A stretch of DNA of 64,000 nt, from the NCBI GenBank assembly GCA_964653195.1, contig CAZZCX010000003.1, forward strand, positions 11,688 to 75,687, in the 5' to 3' direction. The notes below the pieces were generated by a model that was not told the DNA's origin, made no database searches, and saw only the letters and a program-made list of their open reading frames with translations. Shown piece by piece: positions 46,230 through 55,805 of the stretch. The DNA comes from an uncultured Gammaproteobacteria bacterium (GTDB lineage: Bacteria > Patescibacteriota > Microgenomatia > Levybacterales > UBA12049). Both the position numbers and the translations under genes were made by a program. The stretch's first letter is position 1; each line of letters starts with the position of its first letter.

Positions 46230-46967
46230 CTACTGAGGTGTTGTACCGTATATAGTTATTAGAGTTCCTGGTGTTTCCTTAGTCGCATATGTGACATTTT
46301 TTGTACTGGGAGGATTTGCCCAATTATAAAGTTTCGCGACGTCTTCTTCTCGCATATTCACACATCCATGACTCATAGGATTTCCGAAATTATTATGCCA
46401 GTAAGCGCCATGTATCCCATATCCTTTACTTTTTGGTACTTTGTCATTATAGAAAAACATTGTGTAGGGTACATTGGGTAAGTTATAATAATTTGCGCCT
46501 GTTCCTCCCTGCATGCGGGTATAGCGGAGCTTTATCCAAATACGAAAATCACCAGTTGGAGTTGGCCACCAGGGTTTTCCTGAAGAAATCGTGAATTCAT
46601 GGATTAGTGTATTATTTTCGAAGGCGTACAATTTTTGTTTACTTAAGTCGACATAGATCCGCTTACTGTCTTCCGCCGTATCTCCAAGGACATTATTATT
46701 CACAGCAATTTTATATGGTTTGTCAGCTAACGCTGGACCAGCGATTTTTTTGCCTTCAAATTGCCCAGTGTTGTCATCTGAATAGTGGCCTGATAAATCA
46801 GAGATACAGCTTATGCTATTTGCACAATCGAGGTCATTTGTTGGTTTAGATGGGAGAAGTAGAATTGAGAAAATGCTTATGAAAAGTAGAGAAAATATAA
46901 GAATCAACTTTCTTTTATGATATAACAGTCCTTTCACCTTTTTATTTTTATTGTTTTTTCGAGGCAT
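46230..46967 (-). CDS. L,D-transpeptidase (YkuD family)
   Basis: VDLSKQ, PTPTG.F, GIHGAYWH...SHGCVNM. Confidence 0.93.
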   Translation of the reverse strand: MPRKNNKNKKVKGLLYHKRKLILIFSLLFISIFSILLLPSKPTNDLDCANSISCISDLSGHYSDDNTGQFEGKKIAGPALADKPYKIAVNNNVLGDTAEDSKRIYVDLSKQKLYAFENNTLIHEFTISSGKPWWPTPTGDFRIWIKLRYTRMQGGTGANYYNLPNVPYTMFFYNDKVPKSKGYGIHGAYWHNNFGNPMSHGCVNMREEDVAKLYNWANPPSTKNVTYATKETPGTLITIYGTTPQ

Positions 46968-47067
46968 ACATATAGCGTAGGAAAAAAATAATTGTTTGTA
47001 AAGAAGGAAATTTATCTAATAAAATAAATCTATTAATTTAGAATAAAAATATAATTATGAGTTTGTG

Positions 47068-47139
47068 AGCGGTGGACCGGATTTGAACCGGCGACCTCGT
47101 CCTTGGCAAGGACGCATTCTACCACTGAACTACCACCGC
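47068..47139 (-). tRNA. tRNA-Gly(GCC)
   Basis: CGTCC-TT-GCC-AA-GGACG; GTTCAAA T-loop. Confidence 0.95.
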
Positions 47140-47229
47140 AGGCTTTGATTATAGCAAATTCTATATTATTTGACACTTTTAATAACCCCCGTTATTTACT
47201 AAGATAGAATAAGTCAGGCAGATTTATAT

Positions 47230-48396
47230 ATGTTATCTTCTTATAATTATAAATTAATGCCTGAGAAAGAAAGCGAATCTACTTACTTATCTGCATTAGC
47301 TAAATTAGCATACCCAGTGAATAATATCCTTTTGTATTATGCAGGTCTTCCCTACTATTCTTATAATTTTTCAAGAGATAGTATTCTCTCGGCTATTCTA
47401 ATGCGTGACCCCTTAATGCTGCGTGATCAATTAGTTTTTTCTGCATTATTACAAGGCACAAGAAAAGATCCATTATCCGGTGAAGAGCCAGGAAAAATAT
47501 TTCACCAGATACCCAGTGTCCGTCAAAATAGATTATCAACAGAATATAACGCTTGTGATACAACCGCACTTTTTATTATTGGACATGAGGCATATCTAGA
47601 TATGACCAATGATTATCAATTTATAAAAAAACAAAGAGTGTATCTAGAGAAAGCAGTTGATTACATTTTAAAGCATCTTATGAATAATCTTTTTGTAGAA
47701 GATCCTAAGTTTTCAGATTCAAAACGATTTGCATTGAAAGTTACTTATTGGAAAGATTCTCAGGCACCAAACAGAAAGCATGGGCTACCAATTTATCCAG
47801 CAGTTTTTACTCTTGCTCATGTGCAGAATATGAAGGCTTTGAGAAGCGCTGCGAAATTGCTGGGTTTTAATGATTTGGAGACCAAAGCGTTAGAAATGAA
47901 AAGACATCTGACTATTCTTTTTGATGAAAAGCAAGGTATATTTGCTAGTGGCGTAGATCAACGAGGCTTTTTTCAAGGAACGAGCTCTGATAATCTTCAT
48001 ATGCTTTATTATCTTGATGAATCAGATATTACGAAAGAGAAAGTAAAAAGAATTTTGGAGAATTCTGTGAATTTAGAAACGCCATTAGGATATATGACCT
48101 TTAATACTGATAACGCTTCAACTGACCAGGATATCACCCATCATACCAATTATCACACTAATACAGTTTGGCCTTTCGAACAAGCATTTATACATCAGGC
48201 TGCTTTAAGATTCGGACTTGATACAGTTGCTAGTATTAGTGAAAGAATTTATCCCTATATTAAAGTTGATTTTCCAGAGCTTTTTCATTTAGAAAACGGA
48301 AGACATTATAAAAAAGGTTGTGATATACAGTTGTGGACTATTGCTGCAAGTATTTATTTTGCAAAATATTTTCAAAGCACAAATTCTTCAAAATGA
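47230..48396 (+). CDS. Glycogen-debranching / amylo-alpha-1,6-glucosidase-like glycoside hydrolase
   Basis: FSRDS, QG....GEEPGKIFH, DTT.LF, WKDS, YH...VWPFE, QLWT. Confidence 0.78.
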   Translation: MLSSYNYKLMPEKESESTYLSALAKLAYPVNNILLYYAGLPYYSYNFSRDSILSAILMRDPLMLRDQLVFSALLQGTRKDPLSGEEPGKIFHQIPSVRQNRLSTEYNACDTTALFIIGHEAYLDMTNDYQFIKKQRVYLEKAVDYILKHLMNNLFVEDPKFSDSKRFALKVTYWKDSQAPNRKHGLPIYPAVFTLAHVQNMKALRSAAKLLGFNDLETKALEMKRHLTILFDEKQGIFASGVDQRGFFQGTSSDNLHMLYYLDESDITKEKVKRILENSVNLETPLGYMTFNTDNASTDQDITHHTNYHTNTVWPFEQAFIHQAALRFGLDTVASISERIYPYIKVDFPELFHLENGRHYKKGCDIQLWTIAASIYFAKYFQSTNSSK

Positions 48397-49694
48397 ATTT
48401 GGGATGGATGGACCCCGGAAGATTTTAATTCATTAGTTATGTTTTTTGCCATAGCTTTGGGTCCGCAAATATAAATATCAAATTCCATAAGATTACTTAC
48501 GTATTGTTTGATTAAATTTAGATCAATCCTGCCCTTTATTCCTTTGTACGTTTCCTCCCTGCTGATAACATAATAAATAGGAAATTTATATTTTTGTGAA
48601 AGGCTATCGAGTTCTTTTTCGAAAATAATATCAGATGAAGTTCTATTAGAATAAAAAAGTATTTGTTGTTTGTTGTTGCCAATACTTTCAATTATTGAGC
48701 GTATAGGAGTGATGCCAACTCCAGCTGCTATAAAAAGTATTTTATCTTTCTTCATGAATCTTTCCGTGAATGCACCATGTGGTCCATCGATAAGCAGTTT
48801 TGTGCCAGATTTAATTCTCATTAGTTTTTCTGTGAAATCTCCTTCTTTCTTTATTGTAATTCTGATAAATTCCCCATTTGGTATACTTGAAAACGAGAAA
48901 GGATGCGATTCCTTGCCAAGTTCTTTACTCAGAAAACGGACGAATAAAAATTGTCCTGGCTCAAAGTGAAAGCTATTCAAATCTATACCTTTTATAAAAA
49001 GAGAAATGGTATCATCCGTTTCTTTGCTAACTTTGTCTATATAAAAGCGATGTTTCTTAAATCTTAAAATTAATACTATAAAGCGTGTATAAATGGTAAT
49101 TGCGAAAACTATGAAATACATTAAATACCAATAATAAGAAAACCATTTGTTAACTAGAAAATCAGTTCCTACTGAAAATTGGTGGAAAAATGATAAAAGC
49201 ACAGCTATATAAACTGCTAAGTGGACGATATACCAGAATTCATAACGGAGTCTATTTCGCACGATATAAATCGATGAAAAGATGATTAGTAAAAAAGTTA
49301 TATAACCTATAAACGCAAGCCAGACATTTTCATATATAGTTATAAATTGAATGTATTGAGATATTGGATTTATTTTCCCTTGTATAGAATATCCAAGTGT
49401 AAGAAGCATTGGATGTGAGATTAAAAATACAGCAAGATACAAACCAATTTTTTTATGAATTTTATTCAATAATTCGTATCCGAATATTTTTTCAAGTGGC
49501 ATAATTCTTCCTCGAAGCACGAATTGAATTAAAATAAGATAAACAGTAATGAGGCCCATAAGTCGGCCTAAAGATATAAGTATTGATGCAGAAGACGTAA
49601 GATCTAATCCCGTTGTAGTTAGCCAAAAATATACAGTAATTATTAAAGGAGTCGCAAAAATGACATAAGTGATCCGTCTATTGATCATATTCAA
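48372..49694 (-). CDS. Ferric-reductase-like TM domain + FAD/NAD(P)H oxidoreductase
   Basis: TM His residues, PGQF, HPFS, GDFT, DGPHG, AAGVGITP, ICGP, EEF. Confidence 0.88.
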   Translation of the reverse strand: MNMINRRITYVIFATPLIITVYFWLTTTGLDLTSSASILISLGRLMGLITVYLILIQFVLRGRIMPLEKIFGYELLNKIHKKIGLYLAVFLISHPMLLTLGYSIQGKINPISQYIQFITIYENVWLAFIGYITFLLIIFSSIYIVRNRLRYEFWYIVHLAVYIAVLLSFFHQFSVGTDFLVNKWFSYYWYLMYFIVFAITIYTRFIVLILRFKKHRFYIDKVSKETDDTISLFIKGIDLNSFHFEPGQFLFVRFLSKELGKESHPFSFSSIPNGEFIRITIKKEGDFTEKLMRIKSGTKLLIDGPHGAFTERFMKKDKILFIAAGVGITPIRSIIESIGNNKQQILFYSNRTSSDIIFEKELDSLSQKYKFPIYYVISREETYKGIKGRIDLNLIKQYVSNLMEFDIYICGPKAMAKNITNELKSSGVHPSQIHFEEFVL

Positions 49695-49721
49695 AAATTA
49701 TAAATTTTGTATTTGACTATA

Positions 49722-50159
49722 TTAATTAGAACAATATTTTTCAATCGCTTGGAAATCTAAACCAAAACTATTTTTGCTGAATTCGACGACACCTAAGCTT
49801 TGAGGGACTTTGCATACAACAGATAAAACACCGTCCCAGTTTGGATTTTCTATTTCTCCTCCATATCTTATGAGGCATAAATTTCCCGATTTTCCCAAAA
49901 CTGCAATTGTTACTGATCCAAATTCAAATCCTTTACTTTTTTTATCTTGGGAACAAGTCGTAAAATTAATCGATATATTATCATTTATTTCTTTTATGGT
50001 CTGCTTTTCAGAAAAGTCAGGCTCGATAAAGATAGCACGATCAGCACTATATTTATAAAAATATAATATGCTCGTAAATAACAGAATTCCGATTAATATA
50101 ATAATTATTTTCTTATTAAATATTTTTGAAGATATTTGTTTATTTACTTCCCATTTCAT
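49722..50159 (-). CDS. Hypothetical membrane-anchored protein
   Basis: 145-aa ORF, N-terminal TM, 4 Cys, TATACT 6 nt before the ATG. Confidence 0.6.
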   Translation of the reverse strand: MKWEVNKQISSKIFNKKIIIILIGILLFTSILYFYKYSADRAIFIEPDFSEKQTIKEINDNISINFTTCSQDKKSKGFEFGSVTIAVLGKSGNLCLIRYGGEIENPNWDGVLSVVCKVPQSLGVVEFSKNSFGLDFQAIEKYCSN

Positions 50160-50323
50160 GACATCAGTATATCAAATATAGTTAGTTATACTTAAAAGTT
50201 TTTTAAGTGGAGGTGAAAGCTTTAGAGTTTTTAGTTCATTTACAGCAAACCATTTTATTTCGGCAAACATGTCAGCAAATAATGTAGACTCTTCTATTGC
50301 TTGATAGTATTTTTTTAACTACG

Positions 50324-50815
50324 CTAAATTTTTAGAAAGTATCCTACGACTAATCCAATTGCTGTAGCCATTGCTCCTATGATAAAAAGCTCAATGGCAC
50401 TTCTTATTGGTTTATCTTCGACAATTTTTCCTTTTATATATCCAGTTATAAATAGGCCGATAAATGCAAATAGGATACTAATTACTCTTGTATCTGTAAA
50501 GTTGAATAAAAACAATGGACTTATCGGTATAAGGCCTGCCAGAAGATAACTTATAAACATTATGATAGCACCAAGTATTAGACTATCGTTGTGCTTGCCC
50601 GTTTTATCCATTTGGTGAACCGCTTTTTCTGAAGAATATTGGCCTGCAGCCATAGATGATGCTTCGACCATTACTGCAACCAAAGCAGCTAAAATTATTA
50701 TGTCCTTGTTTTGTACTCCGGTGCTAATTCCTACTACGACTCCAGTAGTGGAAACTAAACCATCCTGTAGACCAAATAAACCACTTCTTAGATAGTCTTC
50801 ATGTATCTTACCCAT
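50324..50815 (-). CDS. VIT1/CCC1 family Fe/Mn transporter
   Basis: FGLQDGLVST, SMAAGQYSS, GLIP. Confidence 0.9.
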   Translation of the reverse strand: MGKIHEDYLRSGLFGLQDGLVSTTGVVVGISTGVQNKDIIILAALVAVMVEASSMAAGQYSSEKAVHQMDKTGKHNDSLILGAIIMFISYLLAGLIPISPLFLFNFTDTRVISILFAFIGLFITGYIKGKIVEDKPIRSAIELFIIGAMATAIGLVVGYFLKI

Positions 50816-51019
50816 ATATATTTTACTATCATTTACAATTTTGATTTTACTATATCCAAACTATATCTGTCTAGTTTGGTTACTTTACATATTGGTAATT
50901 TATTCAGTTTGGGAGCTATACAAGTATATACCGATTTTTTTATCTGTAGTGGGAAAATATATCTATCTCGATGAGATTCAAATGTAAACTATAAAGATGA
51001 AAGATAAAAGTAGTTTTAA

Positions 51020-51082
51020 CTATTTTTGCTTCTTTGGCTTTTTCTTCTCCTTCTTTCTTTTTTGATTATTTCTTTCGGCCAT
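51020..51082 (-). CDS. Unannotated 20-aa Lys-rich peptide MAERNNQKRKKEKKKPKKQK
   Basis: Hand-translated; TTGCAA-N16-TATACT promoter with ATG 7 nt downstream. Confidence 0.55.
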   Translation of the reverse strand: MAERNNQKRKKEKKKPKKQK

Positions 51083-51266
51083 ATATTCAGTATATAATTT
51101 CAAAACAAAATTGCAAGTACTATAACGATTTGATGCAGAATCTTGTCCCCGAATAAATAAAAGCTTATTATATTAGCTTCAATATCGTGCATGCGGTAGA
51201 ATTTGTCACAAATATCTTTTTAAGTGCCTAGGTTTTCAGTTCGCCTTATTTATATAGTTAAACAAT

Positions 51267-51334
51267 GAGCGATCGTAGTGTGTCGAATTGCTGAGGCTAC
51301 CGGTCTGGACCCTTTCAGTCCTTATAACTCGCTC
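51267..51334 (-). ncRNA. Candidate structured RNA (three-stem junction), family unknown
   Basis: GAGCGA/TCGCTC closing stem, GGAC/GTCC and GTAG/CTAC inner stems; TGnTACAAT -10 just upstream. Confidence 0.4.
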
Positions 51335-51455
51335 AGAAATTGTATCATCTCCAGGCTAAATGAGACAAATAAGACACCTAAAAAGGGGTGTCTCAAAAAA
51401 TCAGTCCGATTTATCCATTCAGTATCTGTTATACTGTTGGATAAGAGGTAATTTT

Positions 51456-51857
51456 ATGCTAAAAGGATTTAAGGATTTTATATTGAAGGGAAACGTTGTT
51501 GATCTTGCGGTAGCTGTCGTCATTGGTGTGGCTTTTGGTAATGTGGTGACAGCCATGGTCAAAGATTTAGTAACCCCATTAATTGGGGCTTTTGGCGGGA
51601 CACCTGATTTTTCTAATATATCTTTCACTATCAATAATAGTAAATTTATGGTTGGAGATTTTATTAACTCACTCATCTCCTTCCTAATGATTGCTGGGGT
51701 AATTTATTTTGCCGTGGTAATTCCGATGAATAAGCTGATGGAAAAGATGAAAAGCGGTAAAAGTGTCGATCCGACGGAAAAAGCTTGTCCCGAATGCCTA
51801 AGTCTCATACCCATTAAGGCTAAAAAATGTAAGTTCTGTGCTTCTGTTGTACGGTAA
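51456..51857 (+). CDS. mscL: Large-conductance mechanosensitive channel with C-terminal zinc ribbon (start revised to 51456)
   Basis: FKDFILKGNVVDLAVAVVIG; CPEC...CKFC. Confidence 0.92.
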   Translation: MLKGFKDFILKGNVVDLAVAVVIGVAFGNVVTAMVKDLVTPLIGAFGGTPDFSNISFTINNSKFMVGDFINSLISFLMIAGVIYFAVVIPMNKLMEKMKSGKSVDPTEKACPECLSLIPIKAKKCKFCASVVR

Positions 51858-51973
51858 CTAACTCAGGTTAAACTATTATATCTTCCGGATATCATATGCC
51901 CAGTGTAGTAATGTTTGGCGCTGTTTCTTCCGGCAAGTTTCATCAAATGGTAGACTGTTATTTTTAATTTGAG

Positions 51974-52099
51974 CTATGTAACGCACCATAGCTTTCCACC
52001 GCTTGATTTGCCGTAGAAGTTCTTGGCTACCAATACCAGTCAGACAATATCGACAGCAAGAAAGGTAATAAACGAAATTAAGTAGAGTTTTAAAAACAT
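51974..52099 (-). pseudogene. DUF2177-like membrane protein remnant
   Basis: MFLKLYLISFITFLAVDIV*LVLVAKNFYGK; internal TGA at 52040-52042, then truncated. Confidence 0.6.
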
Positions 52100-52111
52100 A
52101 TCATTTCTGGT

Positions 52112-52891
52112 TTAATTTTTAGACTTATTAAAAAAAACTAATTTCCCTTCCGCTAGGATAAATAATCCGATACAAATCAAGACGGTAGTAATGACCGGAG
52201 TGAATTGGCTGGCAAAAGTGGAAGTGTGTTTAATCCAGATCCCAAAATATGCCCAAATCAATACTAACCCATAGGCTTTACTACTATCTTTAAGCATTCT
52301 TACGAGACCTATAGCAGCGCCAACCAAGAGAATAATCACCATCCACAGCTGATTGGTCAACCCGAAGCCGTTCCAATTAATACTCACTAAAAACGTCGTA
52401 ATGTTGGCAATGGTAGCTACCGTAATCCACCCAAAATAGACGCTAAACGGCACCCTAATAAGAAAGTTTTCCTTTGTTGATAAGTGCAGTTGTTTGGTAA
52501 TATCAGCAATTTTAATCAGACAATAAAGAATCACCAGCATGAAGATCACTGAAATACCAATCTGGTGATAATGCCAGGAGAAAATCCACAGTATATTTGC
52601 AAGCGAACTGGTAATGTAATAGGTATTAATATCTGTAAATACCCTGCTCGTCGAAGTTAAGATCTTCTTTGGAAATATCCCTGTCTGATAAATCGTATAG
52701 GCCGCCAGCAGTGCATAGATCACTCCCCAGATTGAAAAGGTTAAGGCAGCGGGAGCAAACAGGTTTGGATACGAGTTAGACACATCGCCGGTAGTCGTGT
52801 TATTGATTGGCAAAATATTAGCCAAGGCATTAACAACGACCATACCGATGAATGTTATGACTGCCAATATTGTTTTAGTCTTATTATTCAT
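52112..52891 (-). CDS. TspO/MBR-related tryptophan-rich membrane protein
   Basis: FAPAALTFSIWGVIY, NILWIFSW, PFSVYFGWITVATIAN. Confidence 0.75.
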   Translation of the reverse strand: MNNKTKTILAVITFIGMVVVNALANILPINNTTTGDVSNSYPNLFAPAALTFSIWGVIYALLAAYTIYQTGIFPKKILTSTSRVFTDINTYYITSSLANILWIFSWHYHQIGISVIFMLVILYCLIKIADITKQLHLSTKENFLIRVPFSVYFGWITVATIANITTFLVSINWNGFGLTNQLWMVIILLVGAAIGLVRMLKDSSKAYGLVLIWAYFGIWIKHTSTFASQFTPVITTVLICIGLFILAEGKLVFFNKSKN

Positions 52892-52994
52892 AAATTTCTC
52901 CTCTGAAATTCAGGAAGAAATAGAATTCTTCTCTTTAATAATACCACAAACAACACCTTCCCCATGATGGACTTAAGTCTGAATTATCCTTAAA

Positions 52995-53402
52995 TTATTC
53001 AGTCGTCACTCCGTCAAACTCTTCCTCGTTTGCAATTGCATCAGCTTTCGTTGCACGTACTATTCCATCTTTGTGATGAGCTGGACTATAGATGGTATAC
53101 ATCTTTAATTCTTCAGTTGCTGAGACATTGATAATGTTATGCTTTGCCCCTGCTGGAATAACGATAGCATCTCCATCAGTAACAGCGTATTCGTTGCCAT
53201 CAATGAAGCATTTTCCCTGTCCCATCTCAAAACGGAAGAACTGGTCATTGTCGGGATGCGTTTCCATACCGATTTCTTCATTGGGTTTAAGGGACATGAG
53301 CACTAACTGACTGTGTTTTCCGGTGTAGAGTACTTTACGAAAATTGGTATTTTCGCGAGTCGCTTTTTCAATATTTATGTTAAATCCTTTCATACATATC
53401 AC
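52995..53402 (-). CDS. Cupin-domain protein (likely start MKGF at 53393)
   Basis: FRKVLYTG.HSQLVLM, EIG.E.H..DQFF, IPAG..HN. Confidence 0.87.
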   Translation of the reverse strand: MICMKGFNINIEKATRENTNFRKVLYTGKHSQLVLMSLKPNEEIGMETHPDNDQFFRFEMGQGKCFIDGNEYAVTDGDAIVIPAGAKHNIINVSATEELKMYTIYSPAHHKDGIVRATKADAIANEEEFDGVTTE

Positions 53403-53407
53403 CTCCT

Positions 53408-53854
53408 TTATTTATTTAAATACGTAATAGTAACTTGTAAAACAGTTGCAAATAATACCCACAAAAGATATGGAACTTGAATGTAGGCAATCCACCGCGC
53501 ATGAGGAAAGATTGCCAACATGGCCCAGATCAGAGTTATTAAAACAAGTAAGATATCTACTGAAGCAAGAAGATTATTCTTCAACCCAAATTGCAGTGGG
53601 GTAAATAAAGCATTAAATATAAGGTTTAGGATAAATGGCAGGGCTACAATGAAGGCGACTTCCTTTTTCCAGGTCATCCAGAATACTTTGCCAAAAGAAA
53701 TAGCGATCAGAATATAGAGAAATGTCCACACCGGACCAAAAAGCCACGAGGGAGGTGACCAGGAGGGTTTAATAAGTTTTTGATACCAAGAATATGTGTC
53801 TATATGCTTATATTGTACTCTGTTTACGATTATTTTATCTGTAAGAATCATCAA
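53408..53854 (-). CDS. TspO/MBR family protein (start uncertain)
   Basis: WY..L.KPSWSPPSWLFGPVWT.LY; PYLLWV.FA. Confidence 0.87.
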   Translation of the reverse strand: MMILTDKIIVNRVQYKHIDTYSWYQKLIKPSWSPPSWLFGPVWTFLYILIAISFGKVFWMTWKKEVAFIVALPFILNLIFNALFTPLQFGLKNNLLASVDILLVLITLIWAMLAIFPHARWIAYIQVPYLLWVLFATVLQVTITYLNK

Positions 53855-53889
53855 TCAACTCTCACTCAACTCTAGACCTATAATACTCA

Positions 53890-54022
53890 TTGACAACGAC
53901 AGTCCGTTTCTGTAATATTAAATTGTTCCTACAAAAAGGAACCGGTGTCGACGAGCACCGTTATAAATGACGCCTTAGGAAAGAACTTAGGAATTGTAAG
54001 TTTTTTCTCGAGGCGTTTTTTT
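53890..54022 (+). promoter_or_regulatory. Promoter plus structured leader ending in a terminator before the phage-like module
   Basis: TTGACA-N17-TAATAT; hairpins GTTCCT/AGGAAC and CGGTG/CACCG; long ACGCCT...AGGCGT stem plus T-run. Confidence 0.55.
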
Positions 54023-54045
54023 ATGGTTATAAGTTACAAAACATT

Positions 54046-55389
54046 ATGAATAACAAGATCCAAATCCAGTATGTTCCGATCAATAGCTTAAAATTTGCCG
54101 AATACAACCCTCGCAAAATCAGTGAGATAGATCTGGATGGCTTAGTTGCTAGCCTCACGGAATTCGGTACAGTTGATCCATTACTGGTAAATAACGCCCC
54201 GGGAAGAGAAGGGACCGTTATAGGAGGCAACCAGCGTCTTACTGCTCTGAGGAAGATGGGACATACGGAAGTTCCCGTAGTCTTTTTGACTATTCCAGAT
54301 CTTGAACGGGAGAAAGAATTAAACGTGCGGTTGAATCGGAATCAGGGAGAATGGGACTTTGACCTGCTGGCGAAGTTCGATGAGTCTCTCCTGAAGAACA
54401 TTGGCTTCTCCAGCGAAGAACTGGATAATATTTTTGATATTGATCCCACTCCTGAAATATTTGACCTTGAAAAGGAATTAAAGAAGCTAAAAATTGATAG
54501 TATCCAGACACAAAAAGGAGATGTCTACAAGCTGGGTGAGTCTCGACTCATGTGCGGCGACTCCACGATTGAGGCAGATATGTTAAAGCTTATGAACGGA
54601 GAGAAAGCTTATGCCTGCATCACTGACCCACCCTATATTTTGGACTATCTAAACGGCAAACAACGACATGGGAATCCCACCGTAGGATTTGGAGCCAAAA
54701 AGAATCGCAGATACCTAGAAACCGATGTGCTTCCTCCTGACTTTACAGAAAAATGGATGGCGAATGTTAATAAAGTTCAGGAAGAACACTTCAGCATCAT
54801 CGTATATGAAAACTGGAAAAACATTCGGATTATCTGGGGAGAGATGGAAAAATACTGGAAGGTTAAGAATATGATTGTTTGGCATTTGCCCAATCGTAAT
54901 CAAGGGTATGCGGCCAGCCACAAGTTTTTCTCAAAGCACGATATTGCTATGGTTGGAGCCTCTGCAGGTGTTGATGTCGAGTTCAATGATGAACCTGAAG
55001 AAGATGGGTTGCAGAACGAATATGAAACTGCCCTGTACGCAATATCGGGAAACCCTCAGTGGGAGGGATACAAGAAAGGAAAAAAGATCCAACCCACAGA
55101 CTTCATCGACTACAAAGCATCTGATGAGAAAAGTTCTGGACAAGGGATCATCTTTGGCACTAAGCCAATCGAAATCCTGATTCCCTATATCAAGGTACTG
55201 ACCAAACGAAACGATATTGTACTGGAACCGTTTTCAGGAAGCGGAAGCACTCTTATCGCTTGTACCAAGATGAAAAGACGTTGCTATGGAATGGAAAAGT
55301 CACCAGTGTATACAGAAGTGATCAAAAAACGATGGGAAAATCTCACCGAGAGGAAGGCTGTAAAAATTGACCAAACCGAAAAACTATGA
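54046..55389 (+). CDS. ParB-like N-terminal domain + N4/N6 DNA methyltransferase (phage type)
   Basis: YNPR...GGNQRL; TDPPY; EPFSGSGSTL (beta-class order). Confidence 0.9.
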   Translation: MNNKIQIQYVPINSLKFAEYNPRKISEIDLDGLVASLTEFGTVDPLLVNNAPGREGTVIGGNQRLTALRKMGHTEVPVVFLTIPDLEREKELNVRLNRNQGEWDFDLLAKFDESLLKNIGFSSEELDNIFDIDPTPEIFDLEKELKKLKIDSIQTQKGDVYKLGESRLMCGDSTIEADMLKLMNGEKAYACITDPPYILDYLNGKQRHGNPTVGFGAKKNRRYLETDVLPPDFTEKWMANVNKVQEEHFSIIVYENWKNIRIIWGEMEKYWKVKNMIVWHLPNRNQGYAASHKFFSKHDIAMVGASAGVDVEFNDEPEEDGLQNEYETALYAISGNPQWEGYKKGKKIQPTDFIDYKASDEKSSGQGIIFGTKPIEILIPYIKVLTKRNDIVLEPFSGSGSTLIACTKMKRRCYGMEKSPVYTEVIKKRWENLTERKAVKIDQTEKL

Positions 55390-55805
55390 AAAGCAAAACG
55401 ATTGTAAAACGACAACAAAAAGATAAGGAGGCAGTGATAGAAAACCTTAAGCGGATGCCGATTATCGAGATTGCCTGCAATAAAAGTGGCGTATCTCGTG
55501 CAACCTATTATCGGTGGAAGGAACAAAATCCGGCTTTTTCCCAAGCGGTTGATAAAGCACAGGAGGAGGGTGAAGCATTAATTAGGGATGTGGCGGTCAG
55601 TAAAATCATCAAGGGAATCAATGATGACAATTTAACGGCAGCCATGTATTGGCTGAACCATCGAGATCCCCGGTTTAGCAACAAAGTTGAGATATCGACA
55701 ACCACAAAACCTCAGGAAGCGTTATCTAAAGAACAGGAAGAGGTGGTCAAGAAAGCACTGGCATTAACTGGTATTAGCGAGAGTGACCAGAAAAATAAAA
55801 GTTGA
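55386..55805 (+). CDS. HTH protein, probable terminase small subunit
   Basis: ACNKSGVSRATYYRW...F; AAMYWL; directly precedes TerL. Confidence 0.7.
   Translation: MKSKTIVKRQQKDKEAVIENLKRMPIIEIACNKSGVSRATYYRWKEQNPAFSQAVDKAQEEGEALIRDVAVSKIIKGINDDNLTAAMYWLNHRDPRFSNKVEISTTTKPQEALSKEQEEVVKKALALTGISESDQKNKS

Noticed and set aside
51267-51334. Assignment as SAM-I, purine, c-di-GMP or Mn (yybP) riboswitch, or hammerhead ribozyme
   Set aside because: Only short motif fragments match and core consensus elements are missing; left unassigned.
52040-52042. In-frame TGA at an expected Trp position, suggesting stop-codon reassignment
   Set aside because: TGA ends intact genes here (e.g. 3556, 6113, tig) and conserved genes have no internal TGA; the ORF is also truncated, so it is a pseudogene.
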